Below, one piece after another: positions 24,554 to 42,894 of a stretch of 64,000 bases of DNA. Within the stretch, counting starts at the first letter, position 1; every line of letters begins with the position of its first letter. The notes beneath the pieces are model-generated. The model worked only from the letters and a program-made list of their open reading frames with translations. It ran no database searches and was not told the DNA's origin. The DNA is from Escherichia phage humlepung. The stretch is taken from the sequence record MN850564.1; one strand, written 5' to 3'. The position numbers were made by a program, and so were the translations under genes.

Positions 24554-25906
24554 ATGTGGAATCCAATTGTTAATGTAGATATTACATTGAACACCGCAGG
24601 AACTACAAGAGAAGGTTTTGGTTTGCCACTATTCTTAGCTTCAACAGATAACTTTGAAGAAAGAGTACGTGGTTACACTTCCTTAACTGAAGTTGCTGAA
24701 GATTTCGATGAGAATACTGCTGCATATAAGGCTGCTAAACAACTTTGGAGTCAGACTCCTAAAGTAACTCAGCTTTATATCGGTAGACGCGCTATGCAGT
24801 ACACTGTATCAATTCCTGATGCCGTTACCGAAAGTACAGACTACTCAATTACTGTAGCTGTTGGCGGTGGAATTTCTCAACCATACCAGTACACAGCACA
24901 AGATTCAGACACTGCTGAGGTAGTGTTGCAACAGTTTAAAACACAGATTGAAGCTGACCCAACAATCAAAGATAAGGTTTCTGTGAATGTAACTGGTAGC
25001 AATGGCTCTGCCACAATGATTATTACCAAAGCTGGTGATAATGACTTTGTGAAAGTAACAACCACAGCACAGACTGTATATATTGCAAGTACAACTGCTG
25101 ATACAGCAGCAACTGCTCTGGCAGCTATAGAAGCTTACTCTACTGACTGGTATTTCATTGCAGCAGAAGACAGAACTCAACAGTTTGTCTTAGCAATGGC
25201 TTCTGAGATTCAGGCTCGTAAGAAAATCTTCTTTACGGCTAACTCCGATGTAACAGCCCTACAAGGTACAGAATTAGCCAGTGCAAATGATGTTCCAGCA
25301 CAGCTTGCTAAGAATATGTACACTCGTACAGTTTGCTTGTGGCATCACGCAGCAGCAGAAGATTATCCAGAGATGGCATACATTGCTTATGGTGCTCCAT
25401 ATGATGCAGGCTCAATTGCTTGGGGTAATGCTCAGCTAACTGGCGTAGCAGCTTCTCTACAACCACCTAATCAGAGACCTCTGACAAGTATTCAGAAGTC
25501 TGCTTTAGATGTACGTCACTGTAACTTTATTGACCTTGATGGTGGTGTTCCAGTGGTTCGTAGAGGGATTACTTCTGGTGGGGAATGGATTGATATCGTC
25601 CGTGGTGTTGACTGGTTAGAATCAGACCTGAAAACTTCTCTGAGAGACTTGCTAATTAACCAGAAGGGTGGTAAGATTACTTATGATGATACTGGTATTA
25701 CCCGTATTCGTCAAGTCATTGAAACCTCTCTGCAAAGAGCAGTCAACAGAAACTTCCTGTCATCTTACACAGTTAATGTTCCTAAAGCCTCTCAAGTTGC
25801 TTTAGCAGACAAGAAAGCACGTATCCTGAAAGATGTTACCTTCGCAGGTATCTTAGCAGGGGCTATCTTGGATGTTGACTTGAAAGGTACAGTGGCTTAC
25901 GAATAA
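24554..25906 (+). CDS. putative tail sheath protein
   Basis: 450 aa immediately upstream of a small tube-sized gene and a terminator; assignment by position only. Confidence 0.4.
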   Translation: MWNPIVNVDITLNTAGTTREGFGLPLFLASTDNFEERVRGYTSLTEVAEDFDENTAAYKAAKQLWSQTPKVTQLYIGRRAMQYTVSIPDAVTESTDYSITVAVGGGISQPYQYTAQDSDTAEVVLQQFKTQIEADPTIKDKVSVNVTGSNGSATMIITKAGDNDFVKVTTTAQTVYIASTTADTAATALAAIEAYSTDWYFIAAEDRTQQFVLAMASEIQARKKIFFTANSDVTALQGTELASANDVPAQLAKNMYTRTVCLWHHAAAEDYPEMAYIAYGAPYDAGSIAWGNAQLTGVAASLQPPNQRPLTSIQKSALDVRHCNFIDLDGGVPVVRRGITSGGEWIDIVRGVDWLESDLKTSLRDLLINQKGGKITYDDTGITRIRQVIETSLQRAVNRNFLSSYTVNVPKASQVALADKKARILKDVTFAGILAGAILDVDLKGTVAYE

Positions 25907-25921
25907 TAGAGGTAAATTGGA

Positions 25922-26368
25922 ATGGCTATGTATCAGCAATATTCCCCTAAAGACGTTGTATGTAGCTGGAACGGCATTGCTATTGAAGGCTTTGCTCCAG
26001 ACTCATTCTTGCGTCTACAGAGAACATCACCACTTGTGACACCAGTTGTTGGTGCAGGTGGTCAGGTTGCTCTGACACGAAATGCAGACAAGACAGGTAC
26101 TATTGAGATTGAGCTAATGCAGACTTCTCTCTCTAACCAGATGCTTTCTGCAATTCAAGCTAAACAAGACAATATGGAACTTGAAGAAGATATCTCTTCT
26201 AACTTCGTAATCTACGACCCATCAGGCTCTGTTCTGGCAACTGGTATTAACGCTTGGTTGCAGGAGTTACCACAGATTGAACTTGGTCGTGACCAGAACT
26301 CTAAAACTTGGATTTTTGGTTGTGAGAAGTTAGACTACACTTCTACAATTCCAGCGTCAAGTGTTTAA
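25922..26368 (+). CDS. putative tail tube protein
   Basis: 148 aa, followed by strong terminator. Confidence 0.4.
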   Translation: MAMYQQYSPKDVVCSWNGIAIEGFAPDSFLRLQRTSPLVTPVVGAGGQVALTRNADKTGTIEIELMQTSLSNQMLSAIQAKQDNMELEEDISSNFVIYDPSGSVLATGINAWLQELPQIELGRDQNSKTWIFGCEKLDYTSTIPASSV

Positions 26369-26380
26369 TAAATCCTATAA

Positions 26381-26412
26381 GGGGGAGACTTTAAAAGGTC
26401 TTCCCCTTTTTT
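26381..26412 (+). terminator. Rho-independent terminator ggggagac-tttaaaag-gtcttcccc + TTTTTT
   Basis: GC-rich stem and T-run after the putative tube gene. Confidence 0.6.
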
Positions 26413-26440
26413 GTTTCTTTTAAAGTATTAAGGAATCACA

Positions 26441-26839
26441 ATGAAAACAGAATCTAGAGTAATTAATGGTAAGAAAGTAAATATCGTTCTGCTTGGGGCA
26501 AGAGATGGTATTAAGATGTCTATGAAGTTGGGTAAGATTGTTGTCCCAACCTTTGCACAGATGCTATCAAGTCTGACTGACAAGGGTAAGAAAGAAGCTC
26601 CAATGGTTCCATTTAAAGAACTTGTTGAAGCTTGTTTTGACAGAATTGAAGAAATTAACCTTGAAGAGATGGCTACCCTGCTGTTTCAAGGGGCAACTGT
26701 TGATGACTTCCCACTTAATATTGATACGTACTTCCAAGCAAACTACGGTGAGTTTATTGATTACTTAGCATTTGCGCTGGAGGCAAACTTCGGAAGTTTT
26801 TTCGAAGCAAGCATTTTCAAAAGCCTAACTTCTCAGTAA
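26441..26839 (+). CDS. putative tail assembly chaperone
   Basis: Small gene directly upstream of tape measure gene. Confidence 0.35.
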   Translation: MKTESRVINGKKVNIVLLGARDGIKMSMKLGKIVVPTFAQMLSSLTDKGKKEAPMVPFKELVEACFDRIEEINLEEMATLLFQGATVDDFPLNIDTYFQANYGEFIDYLAFALEANFGSFFEASIFKSLTSQ

Positions 26840-26841
26840 AC

Positions 26842-27080
26842 ATGGGTAACACTCTACAGACACCACTAACTGATGCTGCTGTAGAGGCAACCTATGAAGA
26901 AGCAGACGAGATGAAATTTGTGCTTGCTATTTATGGTATGGAAGGGTGTAAAGAAACACTTGACCAACTCTTTGCTATGACATTCTCTGATTTATTATCA
27001 TTGAGACAATTTCTTGAGATTCAGAGGTCGTATAAAGAGGAAATTGCTTACAACGAACTTAGAAGAGCAGGAAAAATGTA

Positions 27081-27081
<1 letters not shown>
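26842..27081 (+). CDS. putative tail assembly protein (79 aa)
   Basis: Small gene between chaperone and tape measure. Confidence 0.35.
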
Positions 27082-35079
<7,998 letters not shown>

Positions 35080-35081
35080 TA

Positions 35082-36230
35082 ATGGCAGTAGGTGAAATTC
35101 AAATTAGTGCCTTGCCTCAAGCAGCCTTACCAATTGACCTTAGTGATATCTTCCATCTTAAACAAGGTATCGAGGATAAAAGATGTACTCTTGAGCAATT
35201 ACTTGCTCCACACTCAAGCCTAAGAAATAACCCTCATGGTGTTACTAAGACACAAATTGGTTTAGATAACGTTATTAATGCTCTCCAGTTAGTCGCTGAA
35301 AATAACTTATCAGACATTGTTAATGTAGCTGAGGCAAGAGCAAATCTACAGATTATGTCTTCAGAAGAGGTTAATAATCTTATTCAACAGCATATTGATG
35401 ATAAGAGCAACCCACACAATACTACTAAGGCACAGGTTGGGTTAAGCAATGTTCAGAACTGGGTGACATCTAACCTTTATAATGAGGATGCGGATAAGTA
35501 TGCTACAGCAAGAGCAGTAAATAACTTGTACAAGGCTGTTCAGGCTTCTTATCCAGTAGGTACTATCCATCTTTCTATGAATCCTGCAAACCCCTCTACA
35601 TATTTAATTTGTGGAGGTACTTGGGAGTTAGTCTCAAAAGGGAGAGCACTTGTAGGTTATGATAGTGATTCTAGGCCAGTTGGTTCAACGTTTGGTTCAC
35701 AGACTACTGCATTGACGGTTAATAACATCCCTGCACATACCCACTCAGTGTATGTCACTGGTGGTGGTCACACTCATGGTGCAACGGCCTCTATCAGTGC
35801 TTTTGATTATGGCACTAAAGGGACTACAACGTTTGACTACGGAACCAAGACCGTATCTACTTACGACTATGGCAACAGAACAACAAGTGCCGCTGGCTTA
35901 ACACAAACAACATTCATTAACCGTGGCTATGCTGATGGTGGCTGGAGAGGTTTATCGGTTGAGGGGGCAAGCTATGACCCAAGAGCTACGTTGACAACAG
36001 CTAACAACCACACTCACTCTGTAGCAATTGGTGCGCATAATCATACGGTTGGTATTGGTGCTCACAGCCATTCTGTTGCAATTGGTTCCCACAGCCACTC
36101 AGCAACAGTAACAGTAACCGGAGCAGGTGAGCATTCGCACTCTGGCACAACTGGTCCAACTGGTTCTGGTCAAGCATTTAGTGTTGAACAGCCATCCTTC
36201 GTATTGTATGTATGGCAGAGAACAGCTTAA
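35082..36230 (+). CDS. tail fibre protein with C-terminal His-x-His repeat domain
   Basis: Repeats HTHS/HNHT/HSHS and C-terminal ...FVLYVWQRTA shared with 36277-38616 product. Confidence 0.6.
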   Translation: MAVGEIQISALPQAALPIDLSDIFHLKQGIEDKRCTLEQLLAPHSSLRNNPHGVTKTQIGLDNVINALQLVAENNLSDIVNVAEARANLQIMSSEEVNNLIQQHIDDKSNPHNTTKAQVGLSNVQNWVTSNLYNEDADKYATARAVNNLYKAVQASYPVGTIHLSMNPANPSTYLICGGTWELVSKGRALVGYDSDSRPVGSTFGSQTTALTVNNIPAHTHSVYVTGGGHTHGATASISAFDYGTKGTTTFDYGTKTVSTYDYGNRTTSAAGLTQTTFINRGYADGGWRGLSVEGASYDPRATLTTANNHTHSVAIGAHNHTVGIGAHSHSVAIGSHSHSATVTVTGAGEHSHSGTTGPTGSGQAFSVEQPSFVLYVWQRTA

Positions 36231-36239
36231 TTTCTTTAC

Positions 36240-36260
36240 AGGGGCTGTATAGCCCCTTTT
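36240..36260 (+). terminator. Terminator hairpin aggggctgtatagcccct + TTTT
   Basis: Perfect 7-bp stem and T-run between the two tail fibre genes. Confidence 0.55.
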
Positions 36261-36276
36261 AAGAGGAAAATTTATA

Positions 36277-38616
36277 ATGGCAGATTACAAGTTGAGTGAA
36301 TTAAACTCAATCGACACAATCCGTTCAGACGACCTTCTCCATGTCAGGGTTAAAAAGAGACCTGAAATGTTAGGTGATGAAGACCGTCGAATGACCTATC
36401 AAGACTTCTTAGCGTCTTTTAAACTAGAAAGATTTGTTCAGATTGCTGGTAGCACTATGACGGGTGACTTAGGAATTGTCAAGTTACTTTATGGTGGTAA
36501 GGCAGTATTTGACCCTACAGACTCTTCTGAGATTACTATGGGGGATGTTTTAAAGGCTTTTAAAATCAATGCAAACGGTCTTAAACTAACTATTGCAGAT
36601 GCTTCAAGGTCTGCAACTGTTTATCATACTCTGAATAAGCCAAGCCCTAATGAACTTGGGATGAGAACTAATGAAGAGAATGACGCAAGATATGCAAGGT
36701 TGGCTGTTACAAACACATTTAACTCTAAACAGACCATTGTAGCAAATGGGGAACAGTTAACACTAAGGTCTCCTGTGAGTGGGGATAGAGCATACTCTGC
36801 TATTGTAGGTAGGGATGCAAGTAATGAAAAAACTTGGGCTATTGGGAACCTGATTAGGGGTAGTCTTGATGTTCAAATCGAGAGTAAACTAGGTTCCATC
36901 CTCACTCTAGGCACGGCTGCTTCTTTTAATAGGTCTTTATCAATCAATGGTCAAGTGCAACCTTCTGACTTCTCTAACTTGGATGCAAGATACTTCACAC
37001 AGACAGCAGCTAATCAGAGATTTGCACAGCTAGTTGGCAATAACACCTTCAGGGGTATTAACAATTTTGTAGGAGAGTTCAATATCACCAGAGATAACGC
37101 TGTGCTAGTCATTAAGAATGCCACTGCTGCAACTGGACTATACTTGCTGGGGCAGAAGGCTGATGGGACAAACAAGTTCTACTTAGGGACTGATAACTCT
37201 GATTCTGCAGTCAACCTACATAACTACACCACGAGTACAACTATCTCTTTGTCAAATGTGATTACCACTACTAAGACTGTGAAAATCACTGGTCAAGTTC
37301 AGCCTTCAGATTGGGCTAACATTGACTCTAGATACATTCCAGCAGCAACATTAAGTACAATTGCAAGAACTAATGCAAGTAACACGTTCACTGCAAAGCA
37401 GGTTATTAACACTAATGGTGAAGCTCTTGTGTTACAAGGAAAAACAACCGCCGCACTTTACATTAGGGGTAAGGACTATGATGGAACGAATAGGTGGTAT
37501 GTTGGCAATGATGACGGTAGTGACACTGTTAGTTTGTATAACTATAAAACTGGTAAAAACCTAAGCATTGGTTCCGAAGTATCAATTAATGCAAACTTAG
37601 TAATTGGTGGTCAAGTACAACCTAGCAACTTCACAAACTTTGATGCAAGGTATTACGGTAAAGCCGAAGCCGATTCAAAGTATTTCTGGTCAGCATTCAG
37701 AGCTTCGAAGACCGAGGCTGCTGGTGGTGTGGCTTGGGACCAACCATCAGGAATCTATCTTGAGACAAAATCTAGCGGGCAAAACCGTTTAGTCTTGCAC
37801 ATGGCCTCTAATGCGAAAGCCCTAACACCATCTGCACAATTAAGATTTGAATCGAAAAATGGTGGGATGTGGTACAGGTCAGCCAGAGACACACTTGGCT
37901 TTGAGGTTGAATGGTCTAAGGTTTACACTGAAGCTCAGAAACCTACCCCTTCAGAGATTGGTGCATACACTAAAGCTGAAACTGACCAGAAGATTGCAGA
38001 AGCAATTAGTGACTCTACAGACCTGAATAAAATCTATCCAGTAGGTATTGTGACGTGGTTTAACAGTAATGTTAACCCTAATACAGCACTGCCTGGCCTA
38101 ACTTGGACGTATCTGAAGAATGGTGTTGGTAGGACTATTAGAATTGCAGCAGCAAATGGTTCAGATGTTGCTACAACTGGTGGTTCAGATTCTGTAACGT
38201 TAGCTGTTGGTAACTTACCTTCGCACACGCACAGTTTTTCTGCGACTACCTCATCGTTTGACTACGGAACAAAAAACACTAACACGACTGGTGCTCACAC
38301 TCACTCTGTAAGTGGCTCTACTTCATCTGCTGGTAACCACAACCATTCCATTTCGTGGATTGGTCAGAACTCTACACACTACTCTGGTGGTGGTGGTGGT
38401 AGTATTGGTGTAGGACCGGGTTACACCGATGTTAACGGTGCTCACACCCACTCCGTAAGTGGTACTGCCGCTTCTGCTGGTAACCATGCTCACAGTGTTG
38501 GTATTGGTGCTCACAGTCATACAGTAAGTGGTAACACTGGTGGTACAGGTTCTGGTTCAGCATTTAGTGTTACTAACCAGTTCTACAAGTTAATGGCTTG
38601 GGTGAGAACTGCTTAA
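36277..38616 (+). CDS. long tail fibre protein with C-terminal His-x-His repeat domain
   Basis: 779 aa; internal GQVQPS(D/N)F repeats; C-terminal HTHS...HAHS...HSHT repeats ending KLMAWVRTA. Confidence 0.65.
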   Translation: MADYKLSELNSIDTIRSDDLLHVRVKKRPEMLGDEDRRMTYQDFLASFKLERFVQIAGSTMTGDLGIVKLLYGGKAVFDPTDSSEITMGDVLKAFKINANGLKLTIADASRSATVYHTLNKPSPNELGMRTNEENDARYARLAVTNTFNSKQTIVANGEQLTLRSPVSGDRAYSAIVGRDASNEKTWAIGNLIRGSLDVQIESKLGSILTLGTAASFNRSLSINGQVQPSDFSNLDARYFTQTAANQRFAQLVGNNTFRGINNFVGEFNITRDNAVLVIKNATAATGLYLLGQKADGTNKFYLGTDNSDSAVNLHNYTTSTTISLSNVITTTKTVKITGQVQPSDWANIDSRYIPAATLSTIARTNASNTFTAKQVINTNGEALVLQGKTTAALYIRGKDYDGTNRWYVGNDDGSDTVSLYNYKTGKNLSIGSEVSINANLVIGGQVQPSNFTNFDARYYGKAEADSKYFWSAFRASKTEAAGGVAWDQPSGIYLETKSSGQNRLVLHMASNAKALTPSAQLRFESKNGGMWYRSARDTLGFEVEWSKVYTEAQKPTPSEIGAYTKAETDQKIAEAISDSTDLNKIYPVGIVTWFNSNVNPNTALPGLTWTYLKNGVGRTIRIAAANGSDVATTGGSDSVTLAVGNLPSHTHSFSATTSSFDYGTKNTNTTGAHTHSVSGSTSSAGNHNHSISWIGQNSTHYSGGGGGSIGVGPGYTDVNGAHTHSVSGTAASAGNHAHSVGIGAHSHTVSGNTGGTGSGSAFSVTNQFYKLMAWVRTA

Positions 38617-38695
38617 TCCCTTGTTGACTGATTGTTAAGATGGTGTTAATATTCTTTATGGGTATTCTCACCATCTTGGCTGATGAGGTGATTAA

Positions 38696-38890
38696 ATGCC
38701 TACAATCCTAGCAATTCTTCTAAAAAATCTAGGTAGCTTCTTCTGGAAACTCATTTTATCCCTTCTAAGTGAATACATGATTGAGAAAGTGTTCTTTAAG
38801 CTTGCAAGATACCTTGCGAGTAAGACAGACACACCTATTGATGATGAGTTCGTAGATAACTTAGAAAAAGCTTTTAAGGGAGAGAAATAA
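38696..38890 (+). CDS. small hydrophobic protein (64 aa), possible holin-like or fibre-assembly protein
   Basis: ATG with GAGGTG RBS; N-terminal hydrophobic segment. Confidence 0.35.
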   Translation: MPTILAILLKNLGSFFWKLILSLLSEYMIEKVFFKLARYLASKTDTPIDDEFVDNLEKAFKGEK

Positions 38891-39262
38891 ATGAAGTGGC
38901 TAGAGGAAGCTTTTAAAAATAATATTGGTGCAATTGTAGTTGGTATTTTTAGTGTTATCGGAATGTATACCACTATGCAGGTTTCAAGTGGTAAACAAGA
39001 AGTGTCTGTCACAACAAAGTTACAGCAGTTGGATAATTATTCCAAAAGTAACTATTCAGCTATTCGTGATTTACAGTCTGACATGAGACTGATTCAGCTA
39101 GGGATGGAGAACCAGAAAGTTCAGTTAGAGAATGTTAAGGGTGAAAACGCAAAACTTACCAAAACTCTTGATAAATTCTCTGACAGTGTGAACAATCTGG
39201 CTCAATCAGTATCAGCCTTGCAAGCTATTACTGAGAAGAACACAAAGAATACTGAAAAATAA
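38891..39262 (+). CDS. membrane-anchored coiled-coil protein (123 aa), possible i-spanin-like
   Basis: N-terminal transmembrane segment IGAIVVGIFSVIGMY then helical Gln/Leu-rich region. Confidence 0.35.
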   Translation: MKWLEEAFKNNIGAIVVGIFSVIGMYTTMQVSSGKQEVSVTTKLQQLDNYSKSNYSAIRDLQSDMRLIQLGMENQKVQLENVKGENAKLTKTLDKFSDSVNNLAQSVSALQAITEKNTKNTEK

Positions 39263-39267
39263 AGTTT

Positions 39268-39295
39268 AAGGCTCCTTTTTACGGGAGCCTTTTTT
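39268..39295. terminator. Bidirectional terminator ggctcc-tttttacg-ggagcc flanked by A-run and T-run
   Basis: Sits between convergent genes ending at 39262 (+) and 39299 (-). Confidence 0.6.
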
Positions 39296-39298
39296 GTT

Positions 39299-40198
39299 TT
39301 ACTTACCTACTGACAGAGGTGCTTCAATCTTCCCTGCATGTTGGTAGTTGTTAATGCCGCCAATAAAATCACTTGCAGTAAGATGTTTTAAGTCACTTAA
39401 AGTGTTAAGTGGTACACCAATCTCAAAAGTAGGTGCATGGAACTCTTCGTTGTTCATCAGTTCATAAACCTGCTTCATATGATTCTGATAAATCTGAGTA
39501 TCCCCAAAGACACCTATCAAGTATCGTGGAGTGTACCCAGTCATCTTACAAAGAACTTCCAGAATAAAACCATAAGACGCAATATTAAACGGAAGTCCTA
39601 AAAAGGTGTCTACAGAACGTTGATACCATTGTAAGTCAACTTCACCTTCGTTGGTGATATAAATCTGAAACAGAACATGACAAGGTGCTAAAGCCATTGA
39701 GTTTGCTGCAATATCTGCTGCATTCCAAGCATTAACAAGCATGTAACGGTCTGTGATATCACCTTTCATCTTCGTTACTAAGGTTTCTAACTGGTCTACA
39801 ACACAACCATTATGACCTTCAAAGTTTCTCCACTGAACCCCGTAGATTCTACCACCTGCATCTTCTAACCAGTCTTGTTCAGAGGAATAATTAGAGCTTA
39901 ACCAGCGTTTAAAATCATCTGACCAGATAGTCCAGCGTTCTCCATCATTTTCACCCCAAGTACGATAACGGAGTTCACCAAGTTTATTCTCACCATTCAG
40001 GAACCATAAAGCTTCCCCAATAACTTGCCGTGTAAACACCTGTTTAGATGTTAAGAGTGGAAAACCAGTACGCATGTCAAAACGAAACTGTGGTGGAGCA
40101 AATGCAGAGATAACATCTCCAGTTCGTGTAGTACGCAGTTCGCCAACAGATAAAACATGGTTCAGGATATTTTTGTAACTCAAATCAGCTTGTGACAT
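39299..40198 (-). CDS. thyA: thymidylate synthase
   Basis: Active-site region ALAPCH and overall ThyA-like sequence; 299 aa. Confidence 0.9.
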   Translation of the reverse strand: MSQADLSYKNILNHVLSVGELRTTRTGDVISAFAPPQFRFDMRTGFPLLTSKQVFTRQVIGEALWFLNGENKLGELRYRTWGENDGERWTIWSDDFKRWLSSNYSSEQDWLEDAGGRIYGVQWRNFEGHNGCVVDQLETLVTKMKGDITDRYMLVNAWNAADIAANSMALAPCHVLFQIYITNEGEVDLQWYQRSVDTFLGLPFNIASYGFILEVLCKMTGYTPRYLIGVFGDTQIYQNHMKQVYELMNNEEFHAPTFEIGVPLNTLSDLKHLTASDFIGGINNYQHAGKIEAPLSVGK

Positions 40199-40199
40199 A

Positions 40200-40745
40200 T
40201 CAAAAGTGTCCTTTTACTTGTGGAACATAAATTTCAAAGGTTGCTTTACCATCATCTGAGGGTCTTGACTGCACCTTTGCAAATACACGGTTATCATACA
40301 GCTTATCAAAGAAGTTTTCAAAAGGTAAATACACAGTGGCTTCTTCAGTAACTTTATGGAAAACTGTATGAAAAACTACACCAGCATACGGTAAAGCATT
40401 GACAAGAACACCTGCACCACCAATTACAAAAACATCTTCATCAATAGAGCTATCAAGATACTTCAAAAATGCTCCAAAGGATTCTTTACTGGCCTTAGCA
40501 TACATTACATCATCTTTGTCAAAATCTATGCCTAAGTATGGTACAGGATTTGTTAAGATGAGGTTTGCACGTTCTGGTAAAGGCTTACTCCCCAGAGTCT
40601 TAAAAGTCTCATTACCCATGACTACTAAGTTGTTTTTAGTGAGTCTCTTAAACTCTTGCATATCTTGCTTATGTCGAGGCCACGGCATACCAGTTGGAGT
40701 ACCAAATTCACCGTTTTCACCACTTGCAAATATTAGCTTAATCAT
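40200..40745 (-). CDS. folA: dihydrofolate reductase
   Basis: N-terminal MIKLIFASGENGEFG...MPWP and VVMGNETFKTL motifs typical of DHFR. Confidence 0.9.
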   Translation of the reverse strand: MIKLIFASGENGEFGTPTGMPWPRHKQDMQEFKRLTKNNLVVMGNETFKTLGSKPLPERANLILTNPVPYLGIDFDKDDVMYAKASKESFGAFLKYLDSSIDEDVFVIGGAGVLVNALPYAGVVFHTVFHKVTEEATVYLPFENFFDKLYDNRVFAKVQSRPSDDGKATFEIYVPQVKGHF

Positions 40746-41002
40746 TTTGTAAACCCTTTCTTAATGAACCAGTTGATGACACTCTTCACAACTTTACTAC
40801 GATGGTAGATAAAATGTGGAGAGGGTTGGTATGAACCATAAGCCCAGAAAGCGATAATTTCATTACACCCTGTGCATCGGGTACTTTCTTCAGCAATATG
40901 ACCGTTGACTATTTCACTTACCTCACCTTGTAAGTCTGTACACCCACAATGTGGACAACGGATAGGTGTTCCATCAGACTCATAGCAGTGTTCAATTTTC
41001 AT
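40742..41002 (-). CDS. small Cys-rich zinc-ribbon protein (86 aa)
   Basis: CPHCGC...CTGC motif pairs. Confidence 0.45.
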   Translation of the reverse strand: MKIEHCYESDGTPIRCPHCGCTDLQGEVSEIVNGHIAEESTRCTGCNEIIAFWAYGSYQPSPHFIYHRSKVVKSVINWFIKKGFTK

Positions 41003-41518
41003 CTATTTAACCTCAAAAACTGGTTCAAGAACCAATATAAAGTCTACACAGTCATCTTCTTCATCCAGAATACCATCAAAGTTCTTAGGAACGAAGTCGA
41101 AGAGGCTCATAACAAAACAGTCAGAAGTGACCTTGATAGTTCCTCCCATGTTCTCTACAGTTAACACTGTACGACTTTCTTTTACCTCCCTTAGAAGATT
41201 ACCCACAAAGTCATCTAAGAAGTACTTCATCAATGACTTAAAACCTTTAGGATAATCTGTACCAGAGTATGTTTCAATCTGTGGTACAAGCTTAACATTT
41301 ATACTAGTCTTTGTTAAGAACGTTTTAGAGAACATGCTATCAGGTAGCTTACAAACAGTCTTTCCAGTACCTTCATGTTCAATCTCAACAAAACCAGCTT
41401 CATCGCCACATGTAACTATTTTAAAAGATGCTTCATTCTCATAATGTGAAGCCATAAACTTTTTAAGCATCTCTTTAAGGAAATCTGCATGAGCATCTTG
41501 TAAGAAGATATCAATCAT
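41003..41518 (-). CDS. hypothetical protein (171 aa)
   Basis: ORF. Confidence 0.45.
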   Translation of the reverse strand: MIDIFLQDAHADFLKEMLKKFMASHYENEASFKIVTCGDEAGFVEIEHEGTGKTVCKLPDSMFSKTFLTKTSINVKLVPQIETYSGTDYPKGFKSLMKYFLDDFVGNLLREVKESRTVLTVENMGGTIKVTSDCFVMSLFDFVPKNFDGILDEEDDCVDFILVLEPVFEVK

Positions 41519-41531
41519 AGTTAATCACCTA

Positions 41532-41891
41532 TTATGGGAACAAGCACTTAATGTCGTCGTTTTTGAAAACAAAACTCGTGTAGTTATGACCATCAACATC
41601 CAGCCAAACAGCCTGAACATCCACACCATCAAGATTCTGGTAAAGCTCTTTGATGAAGTGGTCTTTCACAATCTGACTGCTAGTTGTCTCCAGCTTAATG
41701 TTTGAGATTGCTGAACCTACAGCCATATAACCCATGACACGTTTCTTCTCAGTATGCTTAATCTTACCATCTTTGTAAGCCATAATGAGATTGGAAAGAA
41801 TCTTCACACCGTAGTACTTTTCAAGGTGAGTAGGTGCACCATAAAAGCCTAATGCGAAGTTTTCAGAGTGGATGATGTTTTCACGTTTCAT
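41532..41891 (-). CDS. hypothetical protein (119 aa)
   Basis: ORF. Confidence 0.45.
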   Translation of the reverse strand: MKRENIIHSENFALGFYGAPTHLEKYYGVKILSNLIMAYKDGKIKHTEKKRVMGYMAVGSAISNIKLETTSSQIVKDHFIKELYQNLDGVDVQAVWLDVDGHNYTSFVFKNDDIKCLFP

Positions 41892-41892
41892 A

Positions 41893-42222
41893 TTAATCTG
41901 CCAACCTTAAATTGAAATTAACACCAAATTTTTCACACACTTCCAACATATACTCAAGAGAGACATTGCCAGTGAGATGGATTATGTTGGATACGCGAGC
42001 CTGAGAGATACCACAAATTTTAGCAACTTGCTCTTGAGAAAGACCTCTGGATTTAATCTCTCTCTTAAAACGATGTGCAACGAAGTCTCTCATTTCGTCT
42101 ACACCCATTGGACAAATATAACTCTCCATTTCAGCCTCTCTATCAGCCTCCCAATCATCTTGTGGAGCATAAGGGTCAAAAGCTTCATTCATCTTTCTTC
42201 TTCCGTTTGCGTGAAGTGTCAA
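41893..42222 (-). CDS. helix-turn-helix DNA-binding protein (XRE-like)
   Basis: LSQEQVAKICGISQARVSNIIH resembles an HTH motif. Confidence 0.5.
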   Translation of the reverse strand: MTLHANGRRKMNEAFDPYAPQDDWEADREAEMESYICPMGVDEMRDFVAHRFKREIKSRGLSQEQVAKICGISQARVSNIIHLTGNVSLEYMLEVCEKFGVNFNLRLAD

Positions 42223-42397
42223 TCAATGAATCTATGTTTGTAGCCCTAACCTTTTCACGTTCATCGTTAAGATAATCATCAAGAGCCTTTTCAATCTGTG
42301 AATCATCTTGGCAGATAACTGTAAAGACTGTAAAGCCATCTGTATCATCAATTATCTTACCATAACCGCTTCTGGGATGTAACTTTTTAAGAGCCAT
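42185..42397 (-). CDS. hypothetical protein (70 aa)
   Basis: ORF. Confidence 0.35.
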   Translation of the reverse strand: MALKKLHPRSGYGKIIDDTDGFTVFTVICQDDSQIEKALDDYLNDEREKVRATNIDSLIDTSRKRKKKDE

Positions 42398-42398
42398 A

Positions 42399-42782
42399 TC
42401 AAATACCTGTGCAGCTTCTGTTTTCTAAGAAATACTCAACACCATACATAGCTTTTTGCATCAAATCTTCTTTAAACTGGATACGGTGGTTGAGCATAGC
42501 TTGTACATCAATATCGTCATGGTGTTTCTCTTTAATATTTGCAGATTGCAGGAAATACTCTGCAAGAACACGATACTGGTAGTCAGTTACCTTATCAGTC
42601 ATCTCTGTCAAAGACTCTTCAGAGATTGGTTTAAGTAGCTCACCATTAGCCAGAGCAACACCTTTTACAATCTGGCAAGTATCTTCTGGAACACCTGACA
42701 AGTCCACATTTGGAAGTTCTGTTGCATTGACTGGTAAATTCATTGTCATAACCATTGCAGCAGCTAATAAAATCTTTTTCAT
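42399..42782 (-). CDS. secreted/periplasmic protein with N-terminal signal peptide (127 aa)
   Basis: MKKILLAAAMVMTMNLPVNA signal-like N-terminus; GAGGT RBS. Confidence 0.5.
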   Translation of the reverse strand: MKKILLAAAMVMTMNLPVNATELPNVDLSGVPEDTCQIVKGVALANGELLKPISEESLTEMTDKVTDYQYRVLAEYFLQSANIKEKHHDDIDVQAMLNHRIQFKEDLMQKAMYGVEYFLENRSCTGI

Positions 42783-42828
42783 AATGACCTCAAAGTTATA
42801 TTAAATTTTGTATTACGTTGAGTATAAA

Positions 42829-42875
42829 AATAAGCTATAACACCTGACTTGTCAACAGATTTTATAGCTTATTTG
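42829..42875 (-). promoter_or_regulatory. 13-bp inverted repeat (AAAATAAGCTATA / TATAGCTTATTT) with TTGACA in the loop on the minus strand; promoter or terminator
   Basis: Minus strand reads TTGACA-17-TATTTT; hairpin followed by T-rich tract. Confidence 0.4.
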
Positions 42876-42894
42876 GCAGATTTTTTATAAGGCT

